A DNA stretch of 22,749 nt from Okeania sp. (GTDB lineage: Bacteria > Cyanobacteriota > Cyanobacteriia > Cyanobacteriales > Microcoleaceae): NCBI RefSeq assembly GCF_035285525.1, contig NZ_JAYKGW010000127.1:1-22749 (forward strand), written 5' to 3'. The translations under genes were made by a program, and so were the position numbers. Positions 7,270 to 14,341 of this stretch are shown here, piece after piece; the stretch's first letter is position 1, and every line of letters starts with the position of its first letter. The notes under the pieces were generated by a model that was not told the origin of the DNA, did no database searches, and saw only the letters and a list, made by a program, of their open reading frames with translations.

Positions 7270-7281
7270 ACTTTAATTATT

Positions 7282-8367
7282 TCAAACCTTAATTTTTTCC
7301 AAATACTCCGATAAGAAATCAATCAAATCCATTGATTCAGCGACAAACCCCATGGCATCACTAAAATTGGGACTCTGAACCAGAGAGGAAAAGTGAGCGA
7401 TGGCTTCCTGTTGTTTGCCCTTACGGAGATACTGGAGATATTTCAACAGATTCTTCCGGGCATTATCGGCTTTATTTTCCGGGCAATGCCCGGTATTAAG
7501 CCAGAGTAAAACCTGTTCGTTCAAACTGGCAAAATCCTGAATATCCAAACCTTTGAGCTGTTTAGAACACTTAGAATATTGCAACAAGAGTTGTTCAGGT
7601 CTCAGACCCCTTTGGGTAGCCATACTTTGGCGAAAGGCTATACTAGCCCGACTCCCCACCATACCAGCAATCAGTTTAAAGTGAATCTCCTCCAGCTTTG
7701 TATGGTTGCGAACAAAATTCGCAACTTTGACCCAAGCACGGCGATCTGGGGTTTTAATCAAGCCTGCGGTAGCGATCGCTGCATCCGCATCTGGATTGTC
7801 ACCATCAAGATACTCGGGATGTTGTTGGATAAATGTCAACACCCGTGGATCGATATCATGGCCTGAAGCCCAAAGCAGCCAATCTTCCACCGTCGGCACA
7901 AACTCATAGAGATTGAACCGCGACACCAGAGCCGGATCGAGTTCCGTCAGTTGGTATTCTTCCCCTGCATTCACCGCAGCAATGACAATACTGCCAGGGG
8001 CTAGAGGTTTACCAGCCAAGGTTTTATTGAGAGTCAGGTCTTGAACGGCCTGCAAAATTTCGGGGCGTGCCCGGTTAAGCTCGTCCAGAAATAGCACCAC
8101 CGGGCTATCGGGGGCAGGCCACCAATAGGGGGGTAAAAAAACCGAATGGCCTGTGGTCTCATCTTTATGGAGCAAGCCAATCAAATCCCCTGGATCGCTC
8201 ATCTGACCCAAAAAGAACGGGATCACGGACAACTTCTGACGCTGACGGTAGAAATGGCTAATAATTTCTGATTTCCCAATACCATGCTTGCCCACCAGCA
8301 GGATATTTTGCTCCGGTGGAGTCAGTTCCAGAACTTGATAGAGTTCGCGGGCATCAATACGGATCAT
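7282..8367 (-). CDS. MoxR-like AAA+ ATPase (AAA_5 type), 361 aa
   Basis: Walker A is LLVGKHGIGKSE and Walker B is VVLFLDELNRA (the DE.NRA spelling is typical of MoxR). Sensor-1-like IAAVNA and PALVSRF (MoxR-typical arginine region) are present. A C-terminal helical domain of about 170 aa follows. Confidence 0.85.
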   Translation of the reverse strand: MIRIDARELYQVLELTPPEQNILLVGKHGIGKSEIISHFYRQRQKLSVIPFFLGQMSDPGDLIGLLHKDETTGHSVFLPPYWWPAPDSPVVLFLDELNRARPEILQAVQDLTLNKTLAGKPLAPGSIVIAAVNAGEEYQLTELDPALVSRFNLYEFVPTVEDWLLWASGHDIDPRVLTFIQQHPEYLDGDNPDADAAIATAGLIKTPDRRAWVKVANFVRNHTKLEEIHFKLIAGMVGSRASIAFRQSMATQRGLRPEQLLLQYSKCSKQLKGLDIQDFASLNEQVLLWLNTGHCPENKADNARKNLLKYLQYLRKGKQQEAIAHFSSLVQSPNFSDAMGFVAESMDLIDFLSEYLEKIKV

Positions 8368-8391
8368 TGTTTTTAGAGCTTTTTCTTGTAT

Positions 8392-8420
8392 ATTTTATCA
8401 ATATTCTATCAGATGTGCAA
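8392..8420 (-). promoter_or_regulatory. Putative sigma70-type promoter of the MoxR gene
   Basis: The minus strand reads TTGCAC (8420-8415), a 17-nt spacer, then TAAAAT (8397-8392), about 25-30 nt upstream of ATG 8367. This is a motif match only. Confidence 0.3.
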
Positions 8421-8643
8421 AACAAAACCCTCAGCATTATCCCTATCATATTGAGCTTGTGAATGACTAACAATATTTGTTGTATTTTCTTGGTTGATAG
8501 GCAGTTCCCGAAAAGGTTTTAGAAGTTTTGTATATCTCTTATATTTAATATAGAATCCGGTTACAAGTGTATATGTTCATAATTTTATCTACACTTCAAT
8601 CTCCCCATCTCCCACAACTGTATAACGAGTATTTAACCAGATT

Positions 8644-9129
8644 TTATATAACAGCAAATGTACTACTCTCTACTTGTGTTTTTTTGATATCTAGCCAATC
8701 ATCCCAGATATCACCAATGGTTATAACAGGGATGTTACCTAGTGAGAAAGTTTGACCAGCACTGCTAACTTGAGGCTTAAATAAATTAAAGTATTTTTCC
8801 AGACTTGCATCATCAAGATATGTGATATCAAATCCGCTGACTTTGGAGAATAAGATTTACCATCAGAAAAAAGCAAAAACTCCTAATTTGTAGAGGGTAC
8901 GGTTCCCGAAAAATTGGAGACCAAACCCCTACGATATTAAATTCTACCGATGCTACCGGATTTGATATGAGGATTGGTCAAGTCTTGATTCATCATTTCC
9001 ACGACTTCAGCTACCTTGACTCTATTTTGAGAATTAGCTTCTAAGCCTTTGTAGTGGTAGCGACCAACCTTATATCCCTGTTTTTTTAGATGATTTACCA
9101 ACCTCGATGGTAGGGATACTCTCAGTCAT
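8644..9129 (-). pseudogene. Small unknown gene (~115 codons) inactivated by a MITE insertion and a frameshift in a T7/A7 run
   Basis: The minus strand reads ATG 9129 MTESIPTIEVGKSSKK, then the A7 run (9081-9087) shifts the frame into ...GYKVGRYHYKGLEANSQNRVKVAEVVEMMNQDLTNPH. The MITE at 8828-8965 follows. After it the same frame resumes as ITYLDDASLEKYFNLFKPQVSSAGQTFSLGNIPVITIGDIWDDWLDIKKTQVESSTFAVI*, with the stop at 8644-8646. Confidence 0.55.
8828..8965. mobile_element. MITE (138 bp) with a TA target-site duplication, inserted in a coding sequence
   Basis: TA(8826-27)|TCAAATCCGC...ACCGGATTTGA|TA(8966-67). Removing the element plus one TA restores ...AAT CCT CAT ATC ACA TAT CTT... in frame. 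It belongs to the same family as 5984-6083 (shared CCGGTAGCATCG subterminus). The interior carries the GGTTCCCGAAAA motif also seen at about 8505, 13580 (inverted) and 22584. Confidence 0.7.
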
Positions 9130-9533
9130 CCCCTGTCCTCATCAAACTTGACAATTCCCTTTTTGATTTTCTATCATTCATGTATCAATAGACCTTATTC
9201 TCTATCAAACTTAGTCTATTTTAAACGAAAATAGTAGATTATAGCGCATATTCAAAACTCTAGATAGCTTAAGCTATTAGCCAAGGATTAAAATCCTTGA
9301 CAAACTTAGCTACAATATAGCCATAATACCAGGCATGATCAATCTTTGCTACGAATCTTTGTTCCCTCCATACCTATTCCCTATTCTTTTTTCACAGTTA
9401 AGTGTTCCTTATCACTAGAGTTTTCTAAGAGTAGAATGATTTTCATTTTTCCGTTTTAGTGCTAGATTTTTAAGTAGCAAATATAGCTATAAGTAGTCGT
9501 GCAAAATTATTTGTATATAATTTCGTGTCTAAC

Positions 9534-9749
9534 AGGACTTACGCAAAGACACTATATATGGAGTATTGGTGCGTTGTGCGTTGTGCGCTTTACATCTCGT
9601 CTAGCGAAACGCACCTGGTAGGGTGTGTTTTCGACTCCACAAAGCTCCGCTTTTCATGTCGGCGACAGCCAAAACACTGCGCGACATGGAAAGCCAAGCA
9701 TTTCCTATACGAATAAGCGCATTTCGTAACGCATTATGCTCAAACTTAC
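9534..9749. mobile_element. Long, rearranged copy of the AGGACTTACGCA-family element
   Basis: It starts AGGACTTACGCAAAGACACTATATATGGAGTATTGGTGCGTTGTGCGTTGTGCGCTTTACAT, matching 7113-7175. Internal segments are inverted relative to the 7113-7269 copy (CACAAAGCTCCGCTTTTCATGTCGGC versus GCCGACATATAAAGCGGAGCTTTGCG). Listed ORF 9525-9716 lies entirely inside it. Confidence 0.55.
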
Positions 9750-9839
9750 AGGACTTACGTCAAGGTACTATATATAGAGTCAAAAAAACGATTGTTCCCT
9801 AGTTTTAAGCACTATATCTAGGGTTACTGCCTAAGTCCT
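9750..9839. mobile_element. Short (~90 bp) MITE of the AGGACTTACGCA family
   Basis: AGGACTTACGTCAAGGTACTATATATAGAGT...TTTTAAGCACTATATCTAGGGTTACTGCCTAAGTCCT. It is collinear with and highly similar to the copy at 21402-21489, with inverted termini AGGACTTA.../...TAAGTCCT. Confidence 0.65.
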
Positions 9840-9875
9840 AACTCAGTTTCCAGAATTATCCAAGAGGTTCTATTC

Positions 9876-10829
9876 ATGAAGTTTATTTTGTGGCCAAACC
9901 CCACATTTCTCAGATATTCCCTGTTATTCAGTTTACTGTTATGTATCAGTACAACCGCAATTAGTTGTACTTCCACTTCTTCTCAAGAATTGGCTCCAGA
10001 TGAAAAAATTTCCGACTCTAATTACCCTATAAACCATACTTTAAGGGTAGCAGTACTTCCTTGGCAAAGTTCTGAAGGACAAGAAGAAAAATTAGAAGCT
10101 TTAGCTAAATATCTAGGAACAGTTCTCCAACGTCCGGTTAATTTCCAAGTCACAAAAAATTACGCTGAAGCAGTTGATTTGATTGCAAAAGAAGAGGTCG
10201 ATATCGCTTATTTAGCTGCTCTTACCTATATCCAAGCTAAAGAACGGAATCCCAATCTCAAACCCCTAGTGGTTCCCATAGATAGAATTAGTGGCAGACC
10301 TTGGTATACCAGTGTAATTGTTGCTAATACTACCAAAAATATCAACACTTTAGAAGATTTAATAGGTAAACGCTTTGCTTTTGTTAGTCCATCTTCTACT
10401 TCTGGTTTTCTGATACCAATGAATGGTTTACAAAATGCCAATATCGACCCTATATCTGATTTTGATAGTATTCGCTATTCTGGCAGTCACGATCAAGCTC
10501 AACAAGATTTAGCAGATGATGTGGTAGATGCGATCGCTGACGATAAAGCATCTTTTCTCCGGAGTCAAAAGTCAGGAAAACTTGATACTAATTACAAGGT
10601 TATCTGGGAGTCAAACCCCATACCTGGGCCTCCTATAGTTATCAATACCAAGAAATTCTCACCAGAAACTATCAAGCAACTGCAAGGAGCTTTGATAGAT
10701 GCTCCTATAGGTTTTGTAGATGTAAGTGGTACTGAATCTGCTGGTTATACATTGAGTAAAGATGCAGATTTTGAGGAAATACGAGAAATATACAACAATC
10801 TGAAGTCTATAACAGTACCGGAAAAATGA
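9876..10829 (+). CDS. PhnD-like periplasmic substrate-binding protein (phosphonate/phosphite-type ABC SBP fold), probably acting as sensor-kinase partner
   Basis: It has an N-terminal signal/TM segment with Cys residues (LLFSLLLCISTTAISC). PhnD-family blocks are present (LRVAVLPWQS..., VDIAYLAALTYIQA, GKRFAFVSPSSTSGFLIPM, HDQAQQDLADDVVDAIA). No ABC permease or ATPase gene is adjacent. Its stop overlaps the kinase start in ATGA. Confidence 0.8.
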   Translation: MKFILWPNPTFLRYSLLFSLLLCISTTAISCTSTSSQELAPDEKISDSNYPINHTLRVAVLPWQSSEGQEEKLEALAKYLGTVLQRPVNFQVTKNYAEAVDLIAKEEVDIAYLAALTYIQAKERNPNLKPLVVPIDRISGRPWYTSVIVANTTKNINTLEDLIGKRFAFVSPSSTSGFLIPMNGLQNANIDPISDFDSIRYSGSHDQAQQDLADDVVDAIADDKASFLRSQKSGKLDTNYKVIWESNPIPGPPIVINTKKFSPETIKQLQGALIDAPIGFVDVSGTESAGYTLSKDADFEEIREIYNNLKSITVPEK

Positions 10830-13072
10830 AGATTCTCACTAAATTTATTATTTCGACAGCAGTTTCTGTGGGATTAGTATTTGCTTTAGTAGGAAGCAGT
10901 ACACTCTTGATTATCAAAATAGAAAAATCTATAGAGGAAACCCGCAATTATACTAATCAAGCAGTTCATACCAGTCAAGAACTTAAGCTTTCTCTGGAAA
11001 AACAAACTTCTGCACTAAAAAATTATCTTTTGCTGAATCGCAGTCCTATTGAAATATACAACTATCAGCAAGAGATATCAAGATTTTTGCTCGCTTTGGA
11101 AGAAATTAAGCAACTCATACCAGAATCTAAAAAACCAGAATTGGTAGAACGTCGTTATCAATTTCTGACGCGCTTAGTTGATAAAATTGTAGAAGATACA
11201 AATTATTCTCCTACTGCGATTAAGCAAGATATCAAAGCTATCAACTCATTCAAGGATGATATTTTGCTGTTTCTCAACCACTTGATAGAGGAAGTAGAAC
11301 AAGAAGATATTGATAGTCGAGAGGTGGCTATGGAATTTAAGGGAAATGCCATCATTTATACCTACTGTTTGATTGGGGTAGTATTGCTGATTTTCACTGC
11401 TGAGTTTTTCCACACACTATTACCTGTAATTAGTTCTATTCAAGCTCTGCAAATTGGTGCTAACAAATTAGGCATGGGAGATTTAAGCTATCGTTTGGAT
11501 ATTAGCACTGGTGATGAAATTGAGCAATTAGCCCAAGAATTTAATCACATGGCCGATCGATTAGCTGAGTCTTACAATTTCTTGGAACAGAAACGACAAG
11601 CAGCAGATGCTGCTAATCATGCAAAAAGTCTATTCTTAGCTAATATGAGCCATGAACTCCGTACTCCCCTTAATGGTGTTTTGGGTTATGCGGAAATTCT
11701 TAGTCGCTCTCAAACTTGGGGAGAAAAAGAAAAAGAAGGTATCAATATCATTCATCAGTGTGGTTCTCATTTGCTAACTTTGATTAATGATATCCTGGAT
11801 TTATCTAAAATTGAAGCTCGCAAACTAGAGTTGCAACTACAACCTATTCATTTGCCATCTTTTCTCCAGGGAATTGGGGAAATTATTCGGATTAGAACCG
11901 AAAAAAAAGGTTTAGATTTTGTTTACCTACCAAGTCCTAATTTACCAGATGGTGTTTTAACCGATCCGAAAAGATTGCGTCAGGTGCTAATTAATTTATT
12001 GGGTAATGCTGCTAAATTTACCGAACAGGGTAAAGTGACATTTAAAGTAGAGGTAATTGATGGCATAGAAACGCAAAAACCAACAGACAATCAAACTGCC
12101 AGACTCCGTTTCCAGATTAGTGACACAGGAATTGGTATTAATTCTGATTCTTTAGAAAAAATTTTCCAACCTTTTGAACAAGTTAGCGATCGCCAATACA
12201 ACACCGAAGGAACTGGATTAGGACTTGCTATTACTCGTAATATTCTCAGTCTTATGGGTAGTAAGATTCAAGTTACGAGTGAATTAGGTGTGGGTAGCAC
12301 TTTTTCTTTTGAAGTCGATTTTTCTCTGGTGAAAGAGTGGCAATATAGAATGGTGACTAACATCAAAAAGAATTTAATTGGTTATCAGGGAGAACCACTA
12401 TCTTTATTAGTTGTGGATGATGTCCGGGAAAACCGTTTGGTAATTACCAATTTATTGAAACCACTCAAATTTAATGTATTTGAAGCGGAAAATGGGGAAG
12501 ATGGTTTACATAAAGCTCTTCAGTTACAGCCAAATTTAATTATTACCGATTTAATGATGCCGGTAATGGATGGATATACTTTTCTGAAGTACATTAGAAA
12601 ATCAGAAATACTGAAGAAAACTCCCGTGATTATTTTTTCTGCCTATATTTCTGCAATGGATGAAAAGCAGTGTTTGCAAGCAGGTGGCAATGCTTTCTTA
12701 GAGAAACCAGTAAAAGCAGATGAATTATTTAAACTACTAGCAGAAAATTTACAAATTACTTGGAAATATGAGCCTACATCTACTTCTAGTTCAGAACATC
12801 AACAAAATAGTAGTAAGATAGAAAGTCCTACCGGAGATATGGTATTACCTCCACTAGAAGCTCTAGAAAACTTATTCTTACTAGCTCAACAAGGTAGATT
12901 AAAAAAGTTAGTAACAGCAGCTCAAGCTTTAGAAGAAGAAAATCAAGATTATGCTCTCTTTGTTCGTTATATTGTTCATCAGGCTAAAGGCTTTGAAGTA
13001 AAAAAAATTACACTCTTTATTCAAGAATCTCTAGAAAAATCCCTGTTGCTTGAGAATAATAGCCATCTCTAA
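10826..13072 (+). CDS. Hybrid sensor histidine kinase: TM, CHASE3-like domain, TM, HAMP, HisKA, HATPase_c, REC, C-terminal helical module
   Basis: The H-box is FLANMSHELRTPLNG. The N/G boxes are LINLLGNAAKFT, ISDTGIGI and GTGLGLAI. The receiver has LLVVDDVRENR...IITDLMMPVMDG...LEKPV. The periplasmic region has the CHASE3-like ALKNYLLLNR motif between two hydrophobic segments. The HAMP-like region is LGMGDLSYRLDISTGDEIEQLAQEFNHMADRL. Confidence 0.9.
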   Translation: MKILTKFIISTAVSVGLVFALVGSSTLLIIKIEKSIEETRNYTNQAVHTSQELKLSLEKQTSALKNYLLLNRSPIEIYNYQQEISRFLLALEEIKQLIPESKKPELVERRYQFLTRLVDKIVEDTNYSPTAIKQDIKAINSFKDDILLFLNHLIEEVEQEDIDSREVAMEFKGNAIIYTYCLIGVVLLIFTAEFFHTLLPVISSIQALQIGANKLGMGDLSYRLDISTGDEIEQLAQEFNHMADRLAESYNFLEQKRQAADAANHAKSLFLANMSHELRTPLNGVLGYAEILSRSQTWGEKEKEGINIIHQCGSHLLTLINDILDLSKIEARKLELQLQPIHLPSFLQGIGEIIRIRTEKKGLDFVYLPSPNLPDGVLTDPKRLRQVLINLLGNAAKFTEQGKVTFKVEVIDGIETQKPTDNQTARLRFQISDTGIGINSDSLEKIFQPFEQVSDRQYNTEGTGLGLAITRNILSLMGSKIQVTSELGVGSTFSFEVDFSLVKEWQYRMVTNIKKNLIGYQGEPLSLLVVDDVRENRLVITNLLKPLKFNVFEAENGEDGLHKALQLQPNLIITDLMMPVMDGYTFLKYIRKSEILKKTPVIIFSAYISAMDEKQCLQAGGNAFLEKPVKADELFKLLAENLQITWKYEPTSTSSSEHQQNSSKIESPTGDMVLPPLEALENLFLLAQQGRLKKLVTAAQALEEENQDYALFVRYIVHQAKGFEVKKITLFIQESLEKSLLLENNSHL

Positions 13073-13129
13073 ATAAAGAGGGAACAGGGAACAGGAGCGG
13101 AGTAAATCCTTACAGCGCTTTAATACGAA

Positions 13130-13196
13130 TAAACCACATTGCCATAACCTTGCATCTTGTAGGGACGCCCTTATGCAACGTCCCTACTGTGGTTTA
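13130..13196. repeat. Nested inverted-repeat element (long hairpin) downstream of the hybrid kinase gene
   Basis: TAAACCACA(13130-38)...GTAGGGACG(13159-67)-CCCTTATGCAA-CGTCCCTAC(13179-87)-TGTGGTTTA(13188-96). It could act as a transcription stop, but it has no U-tract. Confidence 0.5.
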
Positions 13197-13238
13197 CTGA
13201 AATGAAAACCGCTATAAAAATAGCTGATCCAATTAATC

Positions 13239-13347
13239 AGCACTTACACGGGAGGCACTATATATAGAGTATTGGTGCGTTACTCTACCGCTTTACATCT
13301 CGCGTAGCGAAACGCACCTTAATAATAGCCTTCATGGCTTTAGTCCT
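13239..13347. mobile_element. AGGACTTACGCA-family MITE copy (diverged)
   Basis: AGCACTTACACGGGAGGCACTATATATAGAGTATTGGTGCGTTAC...CTTTACATCTCGCGTAGCGAAACGCACC...GGCTTTAGTCCT. The left ~45 nt are near-identical to 7113-7160. Confidence 0.55.
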
Positions 13348-13371
13348 ATTAATTTTAGATAGTTATCTTTA

Positions 13372-13415
13372 TTCCTTCTTCCTTCTTCCTTCTTCCTTCT
13401 TCCTTCTTCCTTCTT
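13372..13415. repeat. Perfect heptanucleotide tandem repeat (TTCCTTC) x6, plus a partial unit
   Basis: Read directly: TTCCTTC repeated at 13372, 13379, 13386, 13393, 13400 and 13407. This is STRR-like, as is typical of heterocystous cyanobacteria. Confidence 0.9.
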
Positions 13416-13692
13416 GTTTAAAATTGGTATAATAAAAATTTTATTCTCTTACCTACATTTTTGGGTAAGATAAGATGTCCATCCCACTTATTTTTATCCC
13501 TTGATTCAGTAATGTCCAAATTCTTTCTGGCTCCTAGAATTGGGCAAAGTTGGGCAAGGAATAATTTTTCCGATTTATCGGGAACCGTGTACCTCCTATA
13601 CAACTCCTTACTCCTCTTGACTTCCCCTCCTGGGATGGGTTAGAAGTGGGTTGACTGTCTACTCCCTACCAAGTGCAAAAAGACTGAAGAAG

Positions 13693-13716
13693 CGCCAACC
13701 CTAATTAGGGTTGGCG
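13693..13716. repeat. Perfect 24-nt palindrome inside a dispersed repeat unit
   Basis: CGCCAACCCTAA|TTAGGGTTGGCG. The preceding AAAGACTGAAGAAGCGCCAACCCTAATTA recurs at 13932-13960 (AAAGACTGAAGAAACGCAAACCCTAATTA), and partially at 17446-17461 (GCGCCAACCCTAATTA). Confidence 0.8.
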
Positions 13717-14341
13717 GATTAAATATCAAAGGTATTACTGGCAAAGGTTTCAGCCTTTATAGATAATATCTTTTAGGCCAATACGGTACAGTTCCGGAAA
13801 AATCATGCATTCTAAGACTTTGGGCAAGAAAGGGGTAGAAAATTAAGGGAAGATTATTCTGGCTACCTCTTCTATGATTCTTATTCCCATACGGATTCTG
13901 GATTCACCGATTCTGGCTTCTCCCCACTACTAAAAGACTGAAGAAACGCAAACCCTAATTAAAAGCTTGGCCGTATTTTGCTCTCTTTCTCCCATCCCCC
14001 ATCTCTCTATCATAACAGGGTTTCAATACTTATGGGTAAAACATAGCTATTTTAAAGAGATCAAAAAAATATTTAATTTAGTATTTCCAGCCTCTTGCTT
14101 TCCTGTGGAATGCTGCGCCAACAGCTAGAGGTAATGATATAGCAGAAGGCAGAAGGAAAAATCTGGCTTTGTCTGGGTTTTAGACTTTTAATGTGTCCTA
14201 ACTGCCTTGGCGATTGCTATAACTTTTAACTTGAAGCGACCCCTCCACAATACAATAACTAATTATATTAACTTTATACTCTATCTAAATTATGCAACGG
14301 TTGAAAATCAAGTAATAATTTTTATTAAAGATATCTAAATT

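Noticed and set aside
7579-7909. Listed ORFs 7579-7866 (+) and 7706-7909 (+)
   Set aside because: They are antisense to the MoxR ATPase gene, which has clear Walker motifs. They are shadow ORFs of a G+C-richer region.
3834-8367. Identity with RADAR (RdrA/RdrB), or with CbbQ/CbbO, NorQ/NorD or CoxD/CoxE
   Set aside because: RADAR uses a large distinct ATPase and an amidohydrolase-fold adenosine deaminase, not a MoxR/vWA pair with a CDA-fold enzyme. No Rubisco, NO-reductase or CO-dehydrogenase genes are nearby. The vWA protein has the DUF2201-type N-domain, not the CbbO/NorD architecture. Only an analogy can be claimed.
8567-8755. 62-aa + strand ORF
   Set aside because: It is antisense to the reconstructed pseudogene C-terminus (8644-8826). 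Its hydrophobic, low-complexity translation looks accidental.
9525-9716. 63-aa ORF
   Set aside because: It lies entirely within a repeated MITE-like element whose sequence recurs at 7113 and 13239. The open frame is a by-product of the repeat.
10226-10441. 71-aa minus-strand ORF
   Set aside because: It is antisense inside the PhnD-like gene.
13418-13643. Overlapping ORFs 13418-13603 (-) and 13461-13643 (+)
   Set aside because: They are mutually overlapping on opposite strands and built from dispersed-repeat sequence. Neither has coding features.
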